From: Halorarum halobium
GTDB lineage: Archaea; Halobacteriota; Halobacteria; Halobacteriales; Haloferacaceae
DNA length: 64,000 bases
Direction: 5' to 3'
Assembly: GCF_032116555.1 (NCBI RefSeq)
Contig: NZ_CP134949.1
Location: 2,728,001-2,792,000 of the forward strand
Shown here: positions 19,595 to 29,237 of the stretch, piece after piece
Layout: the number at the start of each line of letters is the position of its first letter
How positions within the stretch are numbered: the stretch's first letter is position 1
Notes under the pieces: generated by a model
Seen by the model: only the letters and a program-made list of their open reading frames with translations
Told to the model about the DNA's origin: nothing
Database searches by the model: none
Made by a program: the position numbers and the translations under genes

Positions 19595-19817
19595 TTGAGG
19601 TAGTATACCGACCGGCACTCCTTAAGCATTCAGTAGCAAACCAGTGGAATTGTGAATTTGAGCGGTAAGTGTATGGTCAATAAAGTCCTACTCCACACTC
19701 CTGAAAATGGTCGTGGCTGCGCGCGCAGCGACCGCAGGGAGCGAGCACGGAGCGGTGGGTGGGGAGGCGGGGTCAGGGTCGGCCTCGGCACACAGCAAAA
19801 AAGGAGACCCAACCCGG

Positions 19818-20693
19818 CTACTCCCACCACCGCCCCCGCTCGGAAAAGTGAATCGTCGACCACCCGGTCACGGCCAGCGACACGCGCCCCTCGTACCAGT
19901 TCCGCGCCGCCCCGTGAATCCGCACGCGCTCACCCTCCTGCATCCACGGTGCATCCGACCGCTTCCACACGGTCACCTTCACCGTCCCACTCTCATCCTC
20001 TACCAGCCCGACCTGGCTGATACTCGTATGGGATGGCTCCCAGAGCGTCTTCACACGGCCCTCGATGCTCACCTCCTGACGTCGCACCTCCTCCAGCGCC
20101 GCGATCGGAACGACCCGGCCTGGCTCCGTTTGTAGCGCCTCGAAAACTCCAATGACCGCACTCATCAGTGACGACCCATCTACGACTCGTTCTGCCAGCT
20201 TCCGACTGATCGCCGCACTCGTCCAGCCGTCCAGTTTCCGCTCCACCCGCACCGCCTGCTCATTCACTCCCGCCAGTTCCTCCTGGCTCAGTTGTGCCCG
20301 TGGGTCCGGCTCATCCGGGTGTGTCCACTTGTTCACAGACCCTGCTCGCTCCTCGAACACTCGTCCACGCTCAGTGCTTCCCTTCTCGGCCACCTTCTTC
20401 GTCCGCGCCTCCCGGCTCGACTCCTGCCGCGCATCGAATCTCGTCTTCGTCCGCTCGATCTCCCACTCTCTCGCTTCCAACCGCTCTTCCGCTTCCAACG
20501 TGAGCCCGAATGGCCGCGCATCCGGGTGGTTCGCATCCACCTTCGCCTTCATCTCCTGCTCGACCGCTGGCCTGAACTGTGGCGTCTCGTCCACCAGTTC
20601 GAACCCATCCTCGTCGACGACCGGCTCGCCGCTCTCATCGAATCCCTGTTCATCGACCGAAACTACTTGTCTGATTGCGTTCTCAGTAGACAT
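19818..20693 (-). CDS. OB-fold ssDNA-binding (RPA-like) protein of haloarchaeal mobile elements
   Basis: C-terminal VSIEGRVKTLW...GLVEDESGTVKVTVW...EGERVRI OB-fold pattern; ATG at 20693. Confidence 0.8.
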   Translation of the reverse strand: MSTENAIRQVVSVDEQGFDESGEPVVDEDGFELVDETPQFRPAVEQEMKAKVDANHPDARPFGLTLEAEERLEAREWEIERTKTRFDARQESSREARTKKVAEKGSTERGRVFEERAGSVNKWTHPDEPDPRAQLSQEELAGVNEQAVRVERKLDGWTSAAISRKLAERVVDGSSLMSAVIGVFEALQTEPGRVVPIAALEEVRRQEVSIEGRVKTLWEPSHTSISQVGLVEDESGTVKVTVWKRSDAPWMQEGERVRIHGAARNWYEGRVSLAVTGWSTIHFSERGRWWE

Positions 20694-21111
20694 TGGAGTC
20701 ATAGCTCCGAAGGCGTTTCACGACGCCACAACCGCGACCCAAATCGCGGTTTTCACCAACACACGTCTCACTCGACAGCGACATCGACGCGCGCCGCTCG
20801 CGCCTTCGCGAGCGCCCCTGGGCGCGAGCGGCGCGCGCCCGACGTCCTTCACAGTACCAGCACCGCGCGCCGACCCGCCCAGCGCGACCGTCCAGCGGAG
20901 TACGCGCGGGGGGTGAGCCTGCGAACCCCCCGCGGGTACCCGCTGGCGTCAAACCAGACGCCCGGAACGGCGAGCGACGCAGGAGCGAGCCGCACGCCCG
21001 GAATGGTCGGTGACGAGGGCGCGCTGGGCGGCAGCGGCGAGCGGGGCGAGCCGTTACGTACACATCTGTCCAGTCGGCTACGTTGCTCAGTGGACCATCT
21101 ACGGTCCTGGT

Positions 21112-21211
21112 GGACTCAGAAAGGGCGAGGCCGTCCCCGACCCCGTAAGCACCGCAGGCACGAGGAGCGCAGCGGCGGTCGCGGGATGCAGAGCGGTCGA
21201 GGGCTTTCAGG
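21112..21211 (+). repeat. Diverged copy of the dispersed structured repeat
   Basis: GGACTCAGAAAGGGC...AAGCACCGCAG..GAGGAGCGCAGCG...GGGCTTTC shares blocks with the copies at 27.2 kb and 52.5-53.0 kb. Confidence 0.55.
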
Positions 21212-21331
21212 AAACGAGGACAGTCAATGGCAAGCAGAACTGGATATAGCTCATCGCTAGTTGAGAATATCCGGGTCAGCACTATCTGACACAAATATTA
21301 TATTCATTGTCTTCAAATTTTTCGCTCAGAC

Positions 21332-22252
21332 ATGGCGTCCTATCCATCTGAGAATTCGCTTGTCGTGAATGCAACACACCAAATACTGACTCGTATACGT
21401 GGGCCGTACAATCGGACAACAGCCATCGCACCAACACGGTATCAGGAACATCAGGCTGGTGGGGGATACGATGTTGAACTTCCGTTAGCGATGCGACTTC
21501 TCTTCCAGTACAAAGCACCCAAGGCTGAGCCAAACCGAGGTGTTCGATTCAAACTCGATACTCAGCAAATCACGACACTTGCGACCCGAGAGCCAGGTGA
21601 AGTCGCTTACTACGCATGTCCCGTCGTTGATTCTAACAACCAATTATCCGATGCGCTGACGGAGTGCTATTTTATCGATGCGCAGGCGATCGAAGCTGGA
21701 TCCTCTCAACTCTATATTCCAACCGATTACCCCAATTCGCCTGTCGAGGCGAAATTCAAGGATTCCGCTGACCAATCCGGGTGGATTGGAGATCCAGTGA
21801 ATTACTACGAAATCCCACATCCAGCTGTCAAAATGTGGGACGACCTGAGAACTGGCATCGAGTCACGGAACATTGGGATGGTCATTCGTGAGAGCGGATC
21901 GACAACGGACTCCCACGACGATTTCGTGGACCGGTTACAGGACCTCTGGGCGCTCCATGATGATACTCGTGGCCAAGCACGAACTGACGGTGGCGAGCCG
22001 AATGAGAATAACCAACAGCAAATCGAGCGACTCGTCTCGTTTGCGAGCTCACAACATCGACAGCTATTCGAAGAATCTGACGTAGCAGTGCCCGATATCG
22101 AACGGCATGAACGTCATCTACGAGAGACCCTTGAAGGCTATCAAACTGTCCGACGGCCTGATGTTCACGGAATCGGGCGAGCACAAGAACTCATCGCCCA
22201 ATCTGGGAGCACAGATAGGAGCCGAGCACTCCAGCTCGGGAATCAGCCCTGA
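21332..22252 (+). CDS. Hypothetical protein, putative PD-(D/E)XK nuclease
   Basis: E...GGGYDV......LLFQYKAP fits a D-x(n)-QxK active-site variant. Confidence 0.6.
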   Translation: MASYPSENSLVVNATHQILTRIRGPYNRTTAIAPTRYQEHQAGGGYDVELPLAMRLLFQYKAPKAEPNRGVRFKLDTQQITTLATREPGEVAYYACPVVDSNNQLSDALTECYFIDAQAIEAGSSQLYIPTDYPNSPVEAKFKDSADQSGWIGDPVNYYEIPHPAVKMWDDLRTGIESRNIGMVIRESGSTTDSHDDFVDRLQDLWALHDDTRGQARTDGGEPNENNQQQIERLVSFASSQHRQLFEESDVAVPDIERHERHLRETLEGYQTVRRPDVHGIGRAQELIAQSGSTDRSRALQLGNQP

Positions 22253-22316
22253 ATCTATCGTCGACCGAGCAGGGGTTCTTATTCGTCAGATATCGCTCTA
22301 CAGAACGGTGACCCCA

Positions 22317-22952
22317 TTACAACCGGCCATCCACCGAGGGTAATTCCCTCAGGGCGTAACAACGATATCCCCTCTGCTCGGAACTCTCGTTCTTTCTCGA
22401 ATCTGCTCCAAATTCCTCGATATCGGAGTGCTCGGAGACGACTGGCCGAAGCGCTTGGAGAATCAGCTCCGCAGCCAGCGGCGAGATATCGAGGTCCTCG
22501 GCCATCAGCCGGTGGGTCACCTCGCCGCGTTCGCGTACGACCGCGTAGGTGAGCGCCGTCGCGAGGCCGGCGACGCCGTGGCGGTCGATGTACGTGTCGA
22601 TGTCGGCGTTCGTCTCCCGCCGTCCAACGGCGTCGATGAGTGCCGGCGTGATCGTGTACTCGCGGTCGTCCGCGGCCGTCGTCACGGTCAGGTCGATCTC
22701 GCGGGCCGCGTACGTCCGGGGTTGCTCGTCGGTGGTGACCTCGACGACGCCGGCGTCGTCGAGTCGATTGACGTAGCTGTAGGCGGTTCCCTGGGGGAGC
22801 CCGACGTTGTCCATCACGTCCTGGACGGTCGCGTCCCCCTCGCGAACGAGGGACGCGTACAGCTGGGCCAGCTGTGGCTCCTCGAGGAGGTCCGCAACTG
22901 AGAGGAAGTCGCGGACGATGTCACCGTCGGCGCGGGGTGATGTGCGTGACAC
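22317..22952 (-). CDS. TrmB-like HTH transcriptional regulator
   Basis: ATVQDVMDNVGLPQGTAYSYVNRL...PRTY; GTG start at 22952; 3' tail looks atypical. Confidence 0.8.
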   Translation of the reverse strand: MSRTSPRADGDIVRDFLSVADLLEEPQLAQLYASLVREGDATVQDVMDNVGLPQGTAYSYVNRLDDAGVVEVTTDEQPRTYAAREIDLTVTTAADDREYTITPALIDAVGRRETNADIDTYIDRHGVAGLATALTYAVVRERGEVTHRLMAEDLDISPLAAELILQALRPVVSEHSDIEEFGADSRKNESSEQRGYRCYALRELPSVDGRL

Positions 22953-23326
22953 GATTCGGCCTTGATTACAGTTTGCAGCGAATCGGTAAAGGGTATTTGA
23001 ATCGCTCCGTCGGCGTCGCCACGAGATACTGTTTAAGCTCGTGTATCCAGTACGCCGCTTGTGCCTCCTCCGTTTAGTCAAGGGCGTCGGTGAATTGATC
23101 GCTCATAGTGGCTCATCATACTGCTCCGGCTTTAATCTAAGCTGAAGATTAATCTTAAGATAAAGATATGGTTGTTTTTCACACTTCGGTCGGTAACAAG
23201 GTGACTGCTCGGTGCTATCCTTTACCACGCTTATATACAATCGAACTTAGAGAGAAGATCGGGGAGCGCGAAGGGTGTTGCCTGTTGTTGAGACGTTTCC
23301 TCAAACCTCGCTACTGAGGTATTACG

Positions 23327-25555
23327 CTACACCTCTCCTACATCGAATATTCTGCTTAAGAATAACTCCAAGTCAGTCGTATCTCCCTCCGAAAATGTAG
23401 TAAAGTTCTCCCTGAGCTCTTCTTGAGAGTAATCTCCTGGAGTGAATTCCATCGCTTTCTGGGTGCTGTGTCCAGAATCTGGATAATAGTCTTCTATAGT
23501 GCCTTCGAGAACGAGGGCATTATTGTCTTCAATGAGGGTTCTGACAAGCTGTGTCCGTTTTTCTTGCACATCAGGATGACCCAAGATCATCTTCTGGTTT
23601 ACTAGGGGTTGGGATGAGTCGTCTCCACGACTCTCCTCGCGGGCGATCAATGTTTCCAGTGACCCAATACCATCTTCTTCGGGTTCTTGCCCTTGCTCTA
23701 GAGCCGAGTGAAGCGATTTTAGATTCTCAACGGCCTCAGATTTCATGTGTTTGAACCGCTCCTCGATTGTGCTATAGTCAAATCCATCAGAAACATCTTC
23801 GTCGGCTACACACTCGTCTGCAGTTTGCTCTAACTCATCAAGCTTCGTCTGAGAACGTCCTGAAAGAGGGAACTCTTGGACTGTTTTTGGAATAGCGTCT
23901 CGGTCCAGAACGGAATACGCGGAGATTCCCAGTTCGGAAAGTACTTTTTCGAAAATAGGAACGTAGTCCTTGCCACTTACTTCTAACACAGGAATATCGT
24001 GACTATTGAAGTCCCATTGCGAGTCGAAATGGGGGGCTATTTTTTCCAGTATTATTTGATCAGTATCTCCTTCCACGAGGAGGACTGTATCTGCGAAAAT
24101 GTAGGAAGAGATCCGATGAAGACGAGTCAGCCTTTCCGTTCCTTGATGTCCTATCGTTTCTAGTGCCCTGTGGAATTGAGAAACGGTGGTTGTATTTTCT
24201 TTTCTGACCACGTTTATTGTGTCAGCTGACCTCTCAGAATCACCTCCGGTATCATATCTCACCATGACAGGGGAGTGGGTTGAGAAAATAACCTGGGCGT
24301 TATTGTCTACTAACTGGTTGAATGCGGACACCAGCGTTGTTTGGAGTTGAGGGTGGAGGAAAAGGTCCGCCTCTTCGTAGAGAATCAAGAGCGGACGTTG
24401 GGTTGTTTCTCCCTCAAGGCTCTCTTCGGGACCCGTTCTGAGACCTAATGTTTCCTCGCGTAGGTCCGCGAGGGTTCGTAACAGGCTAAAAATAAGCGTC
24501 CGCTTGACACCTTCACCGACATTCCGCATTGACAGCCCTTCCAAATCTGTCTCATCTATCTCAAGTTGCATGTCTCGGAGGACATACTCTGATGTGAAAT
24601 CTGGGAATGTGAGGCTCGCTTTCCTGTCCGTGAACGTTTCCTGTAGATGCTGTGTGATATTCTCCTCGATTATACTGATTGCGTTAAACCGATCCTGGCT
24701 ACCGTCAGGTGTTAGCCTACCGCGGAGTGTTTCAAGTTGTTCTTGGACCTCGTTATCAAGAGTGTCCTGTATCGCTTCGGATAGTGCCTGTTGTAATTGC
24801 CCGAGTTCTCCACTCCGTTGTGTTGCTGACTCTACCTCTCGAACTGCTGGGATATTGATGGTGCGAGGCAAGAGCTGTTCGAACAGGGGAGTCTCAACTC
24901 CACTTGGTATATCCAAGGGGACCGCATCGTGGTCTGCGTCTATATTGTTCTCGTCGACACATTTCAGATAACCTTTAAACCACGAATCCTTCTGCTTCAA
25001 CTTCGCCTCGTCTACATACTCTTCAACGAGGCTGTAGTCCTGTCGCAGATGATTTCGATAATCTGTTTTTGTGTCATCGTGATCGTCACTGGTCGCGTTT
25101 TCCCACCACTGGCTATGGTCTGATTCGAATGAATCGAACGCCATCTCCCCTTCCACTGGCACGGATTTCACGAGTTTTGCGTCGGGGTTCGGGTGGTCCA
25201 TTCCAGGTGGAACAATTTGACAAACACCGATTTCTACTGTATCTTCGTCGACTTCGGATAAGAATGGCTCAAGATCTGTCTGAGCTCCCTCGTCTGCTCG
25301 ATTTAACTCGCTTTTGTCAAACCTGAAAAACCCCTTGACCGCCACTTCTCGATTCGTTTCCCGATTCCAGTAAAGTTCTTCATCCAGTTCTTTCTCTGGA
25401 TTATTTAATAAAAACTGAACTGCGGAAAGAATATTTGTTTTACCTGCATTGTTCTTCCCTACTAAACAGTCTACTCCTTTGAAAACAATCGCTTCACCGC
25501 TTTCCTCTCCTTGAATTGAGCGGTAATTCTTTACTATGAGTTTGTGAAGATTCAT
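23327..25555 (-). CDS. OLD-family ATP-dependent nuclease (ABC ATPase + TOPRIM)
   Basis: KNYRSI, GKNNAGKT, ILYEEADLFLHP, STHSP, LLVEGDTD, VLDRD. Confidence 0.9.
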   Translation of the reverse strand: MNLHKLIVKNYRSIQGEESGEAIVFKGVDCLVGKNNAGKTNILSAVQFLLNNPEKELDEELYWNRETNREVAVKGFFRFDKSELNRADEGAQTDLEPFLSEVDEDTVEIGVCQIVPPGMDHPNPDAKLVKSVPVEGEMAFDSFESDHSQWWENATSDDHDDTKTDYRNHLRQDYSLVEEYVDEAKLKQKDSWFKGYLKCVDENNIDADHDAVPLDIPSGVETPLFEQLLPRTINIPAVREVESATQRSGELGQLQQALSEAIQDTLDNEVQEQLETLRGRLTPDGSQDRFNAISIIEENITQHLQETFTDRKASLTFPDFTSEYVLRDMQLEIDETDLEGLSMRNVGEGVKRTLIFSLLRTLADLREETLGLRTGPEESLEGETTQRPLLILYEEADLFLHPQLQTTLVSAFNQLVDNNAQVIFSTHSPVMVRYDTGGDSERSADTINVVRKENTTTVSQFHRALETIGHQGTERLTRLHRISSYIFADTVLLVEGDTDQIILEKIAPHFDSQWDFNSHDIPVLEVSGKDYVPIFEKVLSELGISAYSVLDRDAIPKTVQEFPLSGRSQTKLDELEQTADECVADEDVSDGFDYSTIEERFKHMKSEAVENLKSLHSALEQGQEPEEDGIGSLETLIAREESRGDDSSQPLVNQKMILGHPDVQEKRTQLVRTLIEDNNALVLEGTIEDYYPDSGHSTQKAMEFTPGDYSQEELRENFTTFSEGDTTDLELFLSRIFDVGEV

Positions 25556-25593
25556 TGGAGAATAACATCACAGGACCTCCCTTTAAAACGGTC

Positions 25594-26587
25594 GGCCCTG
25601 TTGAAATCCTCAACCAGTGATAGGATGGCGAAGCCATGCTGAATATGGAGGAGTATCGGACACAGGGGGTCTGGTAGTCGGCAGAGTTTTCATAATTCAC
25701 ACACACACCTTCTGATTAGAGTGTCTGGTCGAGATTGTGGGTGAGACAACCGATGGAAAGTTCGAGGAACTGCTTCCACCAACGTCGAGAACGAACGAAA
25801 GACCCGTATTTCCGCTTGATACGAGAATTAACCGCCTCATTTTGACTTCGCTGACCGTAGAGGTTGGCATCTAATCGTGCGTTCTATGCTTTCTCGAGGG
25901 GCGAGAACTCGCGGTATTTGATGATCGGACGCACCTCTTTCTCACGAGCCAACGTGCGAATCATCTGGTCGTCGTAACCCTTGTCTCCGAGAAGAATCGC
26001 AACATCGTCAGTATTCCGTGTGATGAATGATGGAGCAATCTACGTATCGTGTTTTCTGGTCGTCGTCACGTGTAGGTCAAGGATTGCATTCGCTCTCGTA
26101 TCGACCAATAACGTGACTTACAACTGCTGGATCGTCAGATTCGCTCGCTTCGTGTAGTGCTTGGAGGCATGACTACGGTCGAAGCCCGATGCATCGATCC
26201 CGACGAACCGTTCGTCAGAAGAAGGGGTACAGAGAGATTGAGAAGTACCCTCCACACGGCCATATCGAACCGGTCAAACGCTTTACAGAGGGTTGACGGA
26301 GTCGGAATCCTGGTGAGCCAATAGCCTTCCGGATGCGTGGCATCTCGATGAGTTCGTCAAGTAGGGTGCGGAAAGTCGTATTGATCCGAATTTTGAGACA
26401 CAGAAGGACGATATGCTGGTGAAGCGTGTAGCGTCGTTTCGAGAACTTCGAGGAGTATTGTGCAATTGCTTGTCGAGCCAAGTGAAAGGCCTATCCGACG
26501 AACCGCAGTAACCGCGACTTTGAGAAGGCCTGCATCCACCCACACTACTGATTGAACCTATAATTCCCCGAAGATTTCAACGGAGCC
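25594..26587 (-). mobile_element. IS5-family (ISH-type) insertion sequence with a degraded transposase
   Basis: Terminal inverted repeats GGCCCTGTTGAAATCCTC (25594-25611) and GAAGATTTCAACGGAGCC (26570-26587), 15/18 match; YSSKFSKRRYTLHQHIVLLCLK, GIDASGFDR and LGDKGYD pieces split by frameshifts and stops; no target duplication seen. Confidence 0.88.
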
Positions 26588-26640
26588 AATACAGTAGTAC
26601 TGTAGGCGTCGATGAGTCACCTCCGTCCTATGCCATGAGC

Positions 26641-26859
26641 TCACGGTCCGGGAAACGCCATCGACTGTGCGACTGGCTCAGCGTCCAGCGTCAGTTCTCG
26701 CACCGACTCGACCTCCTCCTGGTACCACGGTCCCTCGGGCGTCTCCCGCCTTAGTTCGATCCGCTTCCACCCGCCCTCGACGAGCATCGGCTGGAATCTA
26801 AGCTGTCGCTGACTCCCGTCCTCGAGGTCGAACGTGATCGTGAACCGATGCGCTGTCAT
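26641..26859 (-). CDS. Small hypothetical protein
   Basis: 72-aa ATG ORF with haloarchaeal acidic composition. Confidence 0.55.
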   Translation of the reverse strand: MTAHRFTITFDLEDGSQRQLRFQPMLVEGGWKRIELRRETPEGPWYQEEVESVRELTLDAEPVAQSMAFPGP

Positions 26860-27180
26860 CGCTCACCCGCGTCGACGTCCAGCCATGGTTCCCAGAGTGG
26901 CGTCCGGGTCAGGACCGTCCCGCATCGCTCACAGCAGTCCAGCAGATCACCTGAGAGAACCGTCACTGACCGATCTCGCGGGTGGTGTGAACACCGACTC
27001 GGAAACCCGATCAGGGGATCACCCCGCTGGGGAGAGCGAGTCGGAAGGTAGTCGGCAAGCCGTCGTGGAACTGACGCACTGTTGTACAATTCAAAGCACC
27101 TCACCCCGCAGGGGTGCTGATAGACTTTCTGACGTACACACCAGAAAAACACGGACGTCACCCCCGACGAGCCACGGGGT

Positions 27181-27297
27181 GGGACTGAAAGGGGCCGTGG
27201 CGCTCGGGGAGGAACGGACCGTCAAGCACCACAGCGAGCAACGCGAGCGAGGAGCACAGCGGCCGTACCGAGCCGAGCGCCACGGGGGCTTTCGAGG
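27181..27297 (+). repeat. Dispersed structured repeat copy
   Basis: GGGACTGAAAGGGG-[13-bp stem 27195-27207 / 27273-27285]-GGGCTTTCGAGG. Confidence 0.7.
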
Positions 27298-27741
27298 ACA
27301 CCACAACGCCAGACAGCCCCGCGAATCCACACGAGAACCAGCCACCGCATCCAGCAATCACGGAGAGAGAACCCACTTCTGAACCAGTTTGGGCCAGTAT
27401 CGGAGACACTCAGCGATTCGACGGCTGCACTTCTCCCACAATCCGCACACATTGCCTACGCCCCATGGACCGAGGCCGCATTTCGAACCACGTCTCCTGA
27501 TGCGAGACTATCCCTCGAAATGAGACCTATGCTCTATTGATACCTCAACTGCTAACAGATTCGGGGGAAGGGAAGCTACGTACAGGGCATCAAGACAATG
27601 TCAGACGAGCATGGTCTCTTGGAGAGGAATGGGCACAACCAAGGTTGTGAGTCGTCGGCCGAAATTAAACACTGAACGACGCTCGGTTGCTTGTCACCCC
27701 CTGCGAAAGCTATTAACCTTCAAACAAAAACTTGAATTTGA

Positions 27742-28494
27742 ATGTTGGATGTGATTCTGGATACTAACCACTGGATCGCACTCAAGGAAAACCAGAACAT
27801 CCTTTCTAAATTCGAAAAGTCGAAGCGAAGACATGGATTCAATGTTCTATTCACTCGACCGAATTTCATCGATCTTGCCAAATGGGATCAGCAAGACACA
27901 CTAAGCGATATTATCGCCGAAATCACCGACACATATGTTGTAGTTGAAGACTATAATTCTGATGGATACCATTACTCGGACGACCCTTTGCTAATCCCTC
28001 CGCCCGAAATCCGCGACAACCTCAAGGAATACACGTTGGACTTCGGGGCGGCAAAAACACTGAGATTCTTATTCCGTTCGATGGAGCAAGACCCTGATGA
28101 AGGGTTTTCGGACTTATCTCGCGAGCTTAGTGACATCCATGATGAAGGCGGGGAGAGTTATTTGAAGATGGCTGCATTCTGGCGGTATGTCGAACGAGAT
28201 GACGATCGGGCTCGAGTCGAGTTGAGCGATGCCTCAAAACTCGGCTACGTAAGAAGGCAGCTTACTGTTGAGCACGCAAAGCAGATTCAGCCAAATGAGA
28301 ACATCGAAACACAGGATTATGTAGACATGGAGATTTGTGCCTACGCTATCTATGCATCTGATGCGTTTGTCGGTGAAAAGAAATGGATTAATCAGGATAT
28401 CATTCCAAATGTGTGTGAAGGAATTGAAGGCGACGACGGACCTATATTGATGAAATCTCTTGACGAGTTCTTTGCCGTGTTCCCTGAAGTGTGA
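27742..28494 (+). CDS. Hypothetical protein, PIN-like
   Basis: N-terminal VILDTN and C-terminal QDYVD..I......DAFVGEK acidic pattern; AT-rich gene. Confidence 0.6.
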   Translation: MLDVILDTNHWIALKENQNILSKFEKSKRRHGFNVLFTRPNFIDLAKWDQQDTLSDIIAEITDTYVVVEDYNSDGYHYSDDPLLIPPPEIRDNLKEYTLDFGAAKTLRFLFRSMEQDPDEGFSDLSRELSDIHDEGGESYLKMAAFWRYVERDDDRARVELSDASKLGYVRRQLTVEHAKQIQPNENIETQDYVDMEICAYAIYASDAFVGEKKWINQDIIPNVCEGIEGDDGPILMKSLDEFFAVFPEV

Positions 28495-29237
28495 AGCCCG
28501 ATCCCACACAACCCGTCAACTGAAATCATATAGAAGGAATAACTTGGCATGTCGAATTCCACAGGCGGTTGGTTTCACAACAGCAGTGGATGAATTACCT
28601 GATCTATGCGCAGCCCTCCTGAGCGGCTTTTTCACGAGGAGCGATGTCGAATAATATGATTCCAACACAGCCACCGATCGTTATATGCCACTGACCCGGT
28701 GTGAATCGGCATCCCCCTCCATCCACTCATCGTCGCACCGTTCATCGCCCTCCTCGCGATGGGCATCGTCTATTCGGATCCGACCAATCGGTCCCTCTCG
28801 TGGCAGACGAAGCTCCGGTGGACTGCGGGAGTTGGCCTCACCAGCCTCGGAGTTTCTCGCAGTGTTCGCACTCGACGACGTGCTGTTGCGGGTATACCTG
28901 GGTCTGCGTGGCAACCGTTCATCGTTCGCTCTCCCAGGGAGGTACTCGCAGTATTGGTGCTCGGTGGAACTGCGTTAACCGCGATGGCTGTCCTCACGTA
29001 TGGAGTCGGGAGTCGGTACGGGCCACTCAAGATACAGCCACCGTCCCAGTAGAGATCCCCACTGATTCGAGCTCGGTCACACGCGAGCTGTACGCGTCTG
29101 CTCGTCCACACTGGCCAGAGACCGACCGCACACCCCGAAACCCAACCACGAAAGCAGGTCTCAGTAAGACACATCAACGGCCCTGAACGCAGCTTTAAGC
29201 CTCCACACTGGTCGGCATCGAGTACACACGCGACCAC

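Noticed and set aside
26856..27161. 101-aa ORF with CCERCG
   Set aside because: Its 5' half spans a promoter-like hairpin and there is no plausible internal start; at most a remnant.
28560..29230. Short ORFs upstream of the coupling-type ATPase
   Set aside because: Conflicting frames, non-acidic composition and no motifs; possibly eroded remnants.
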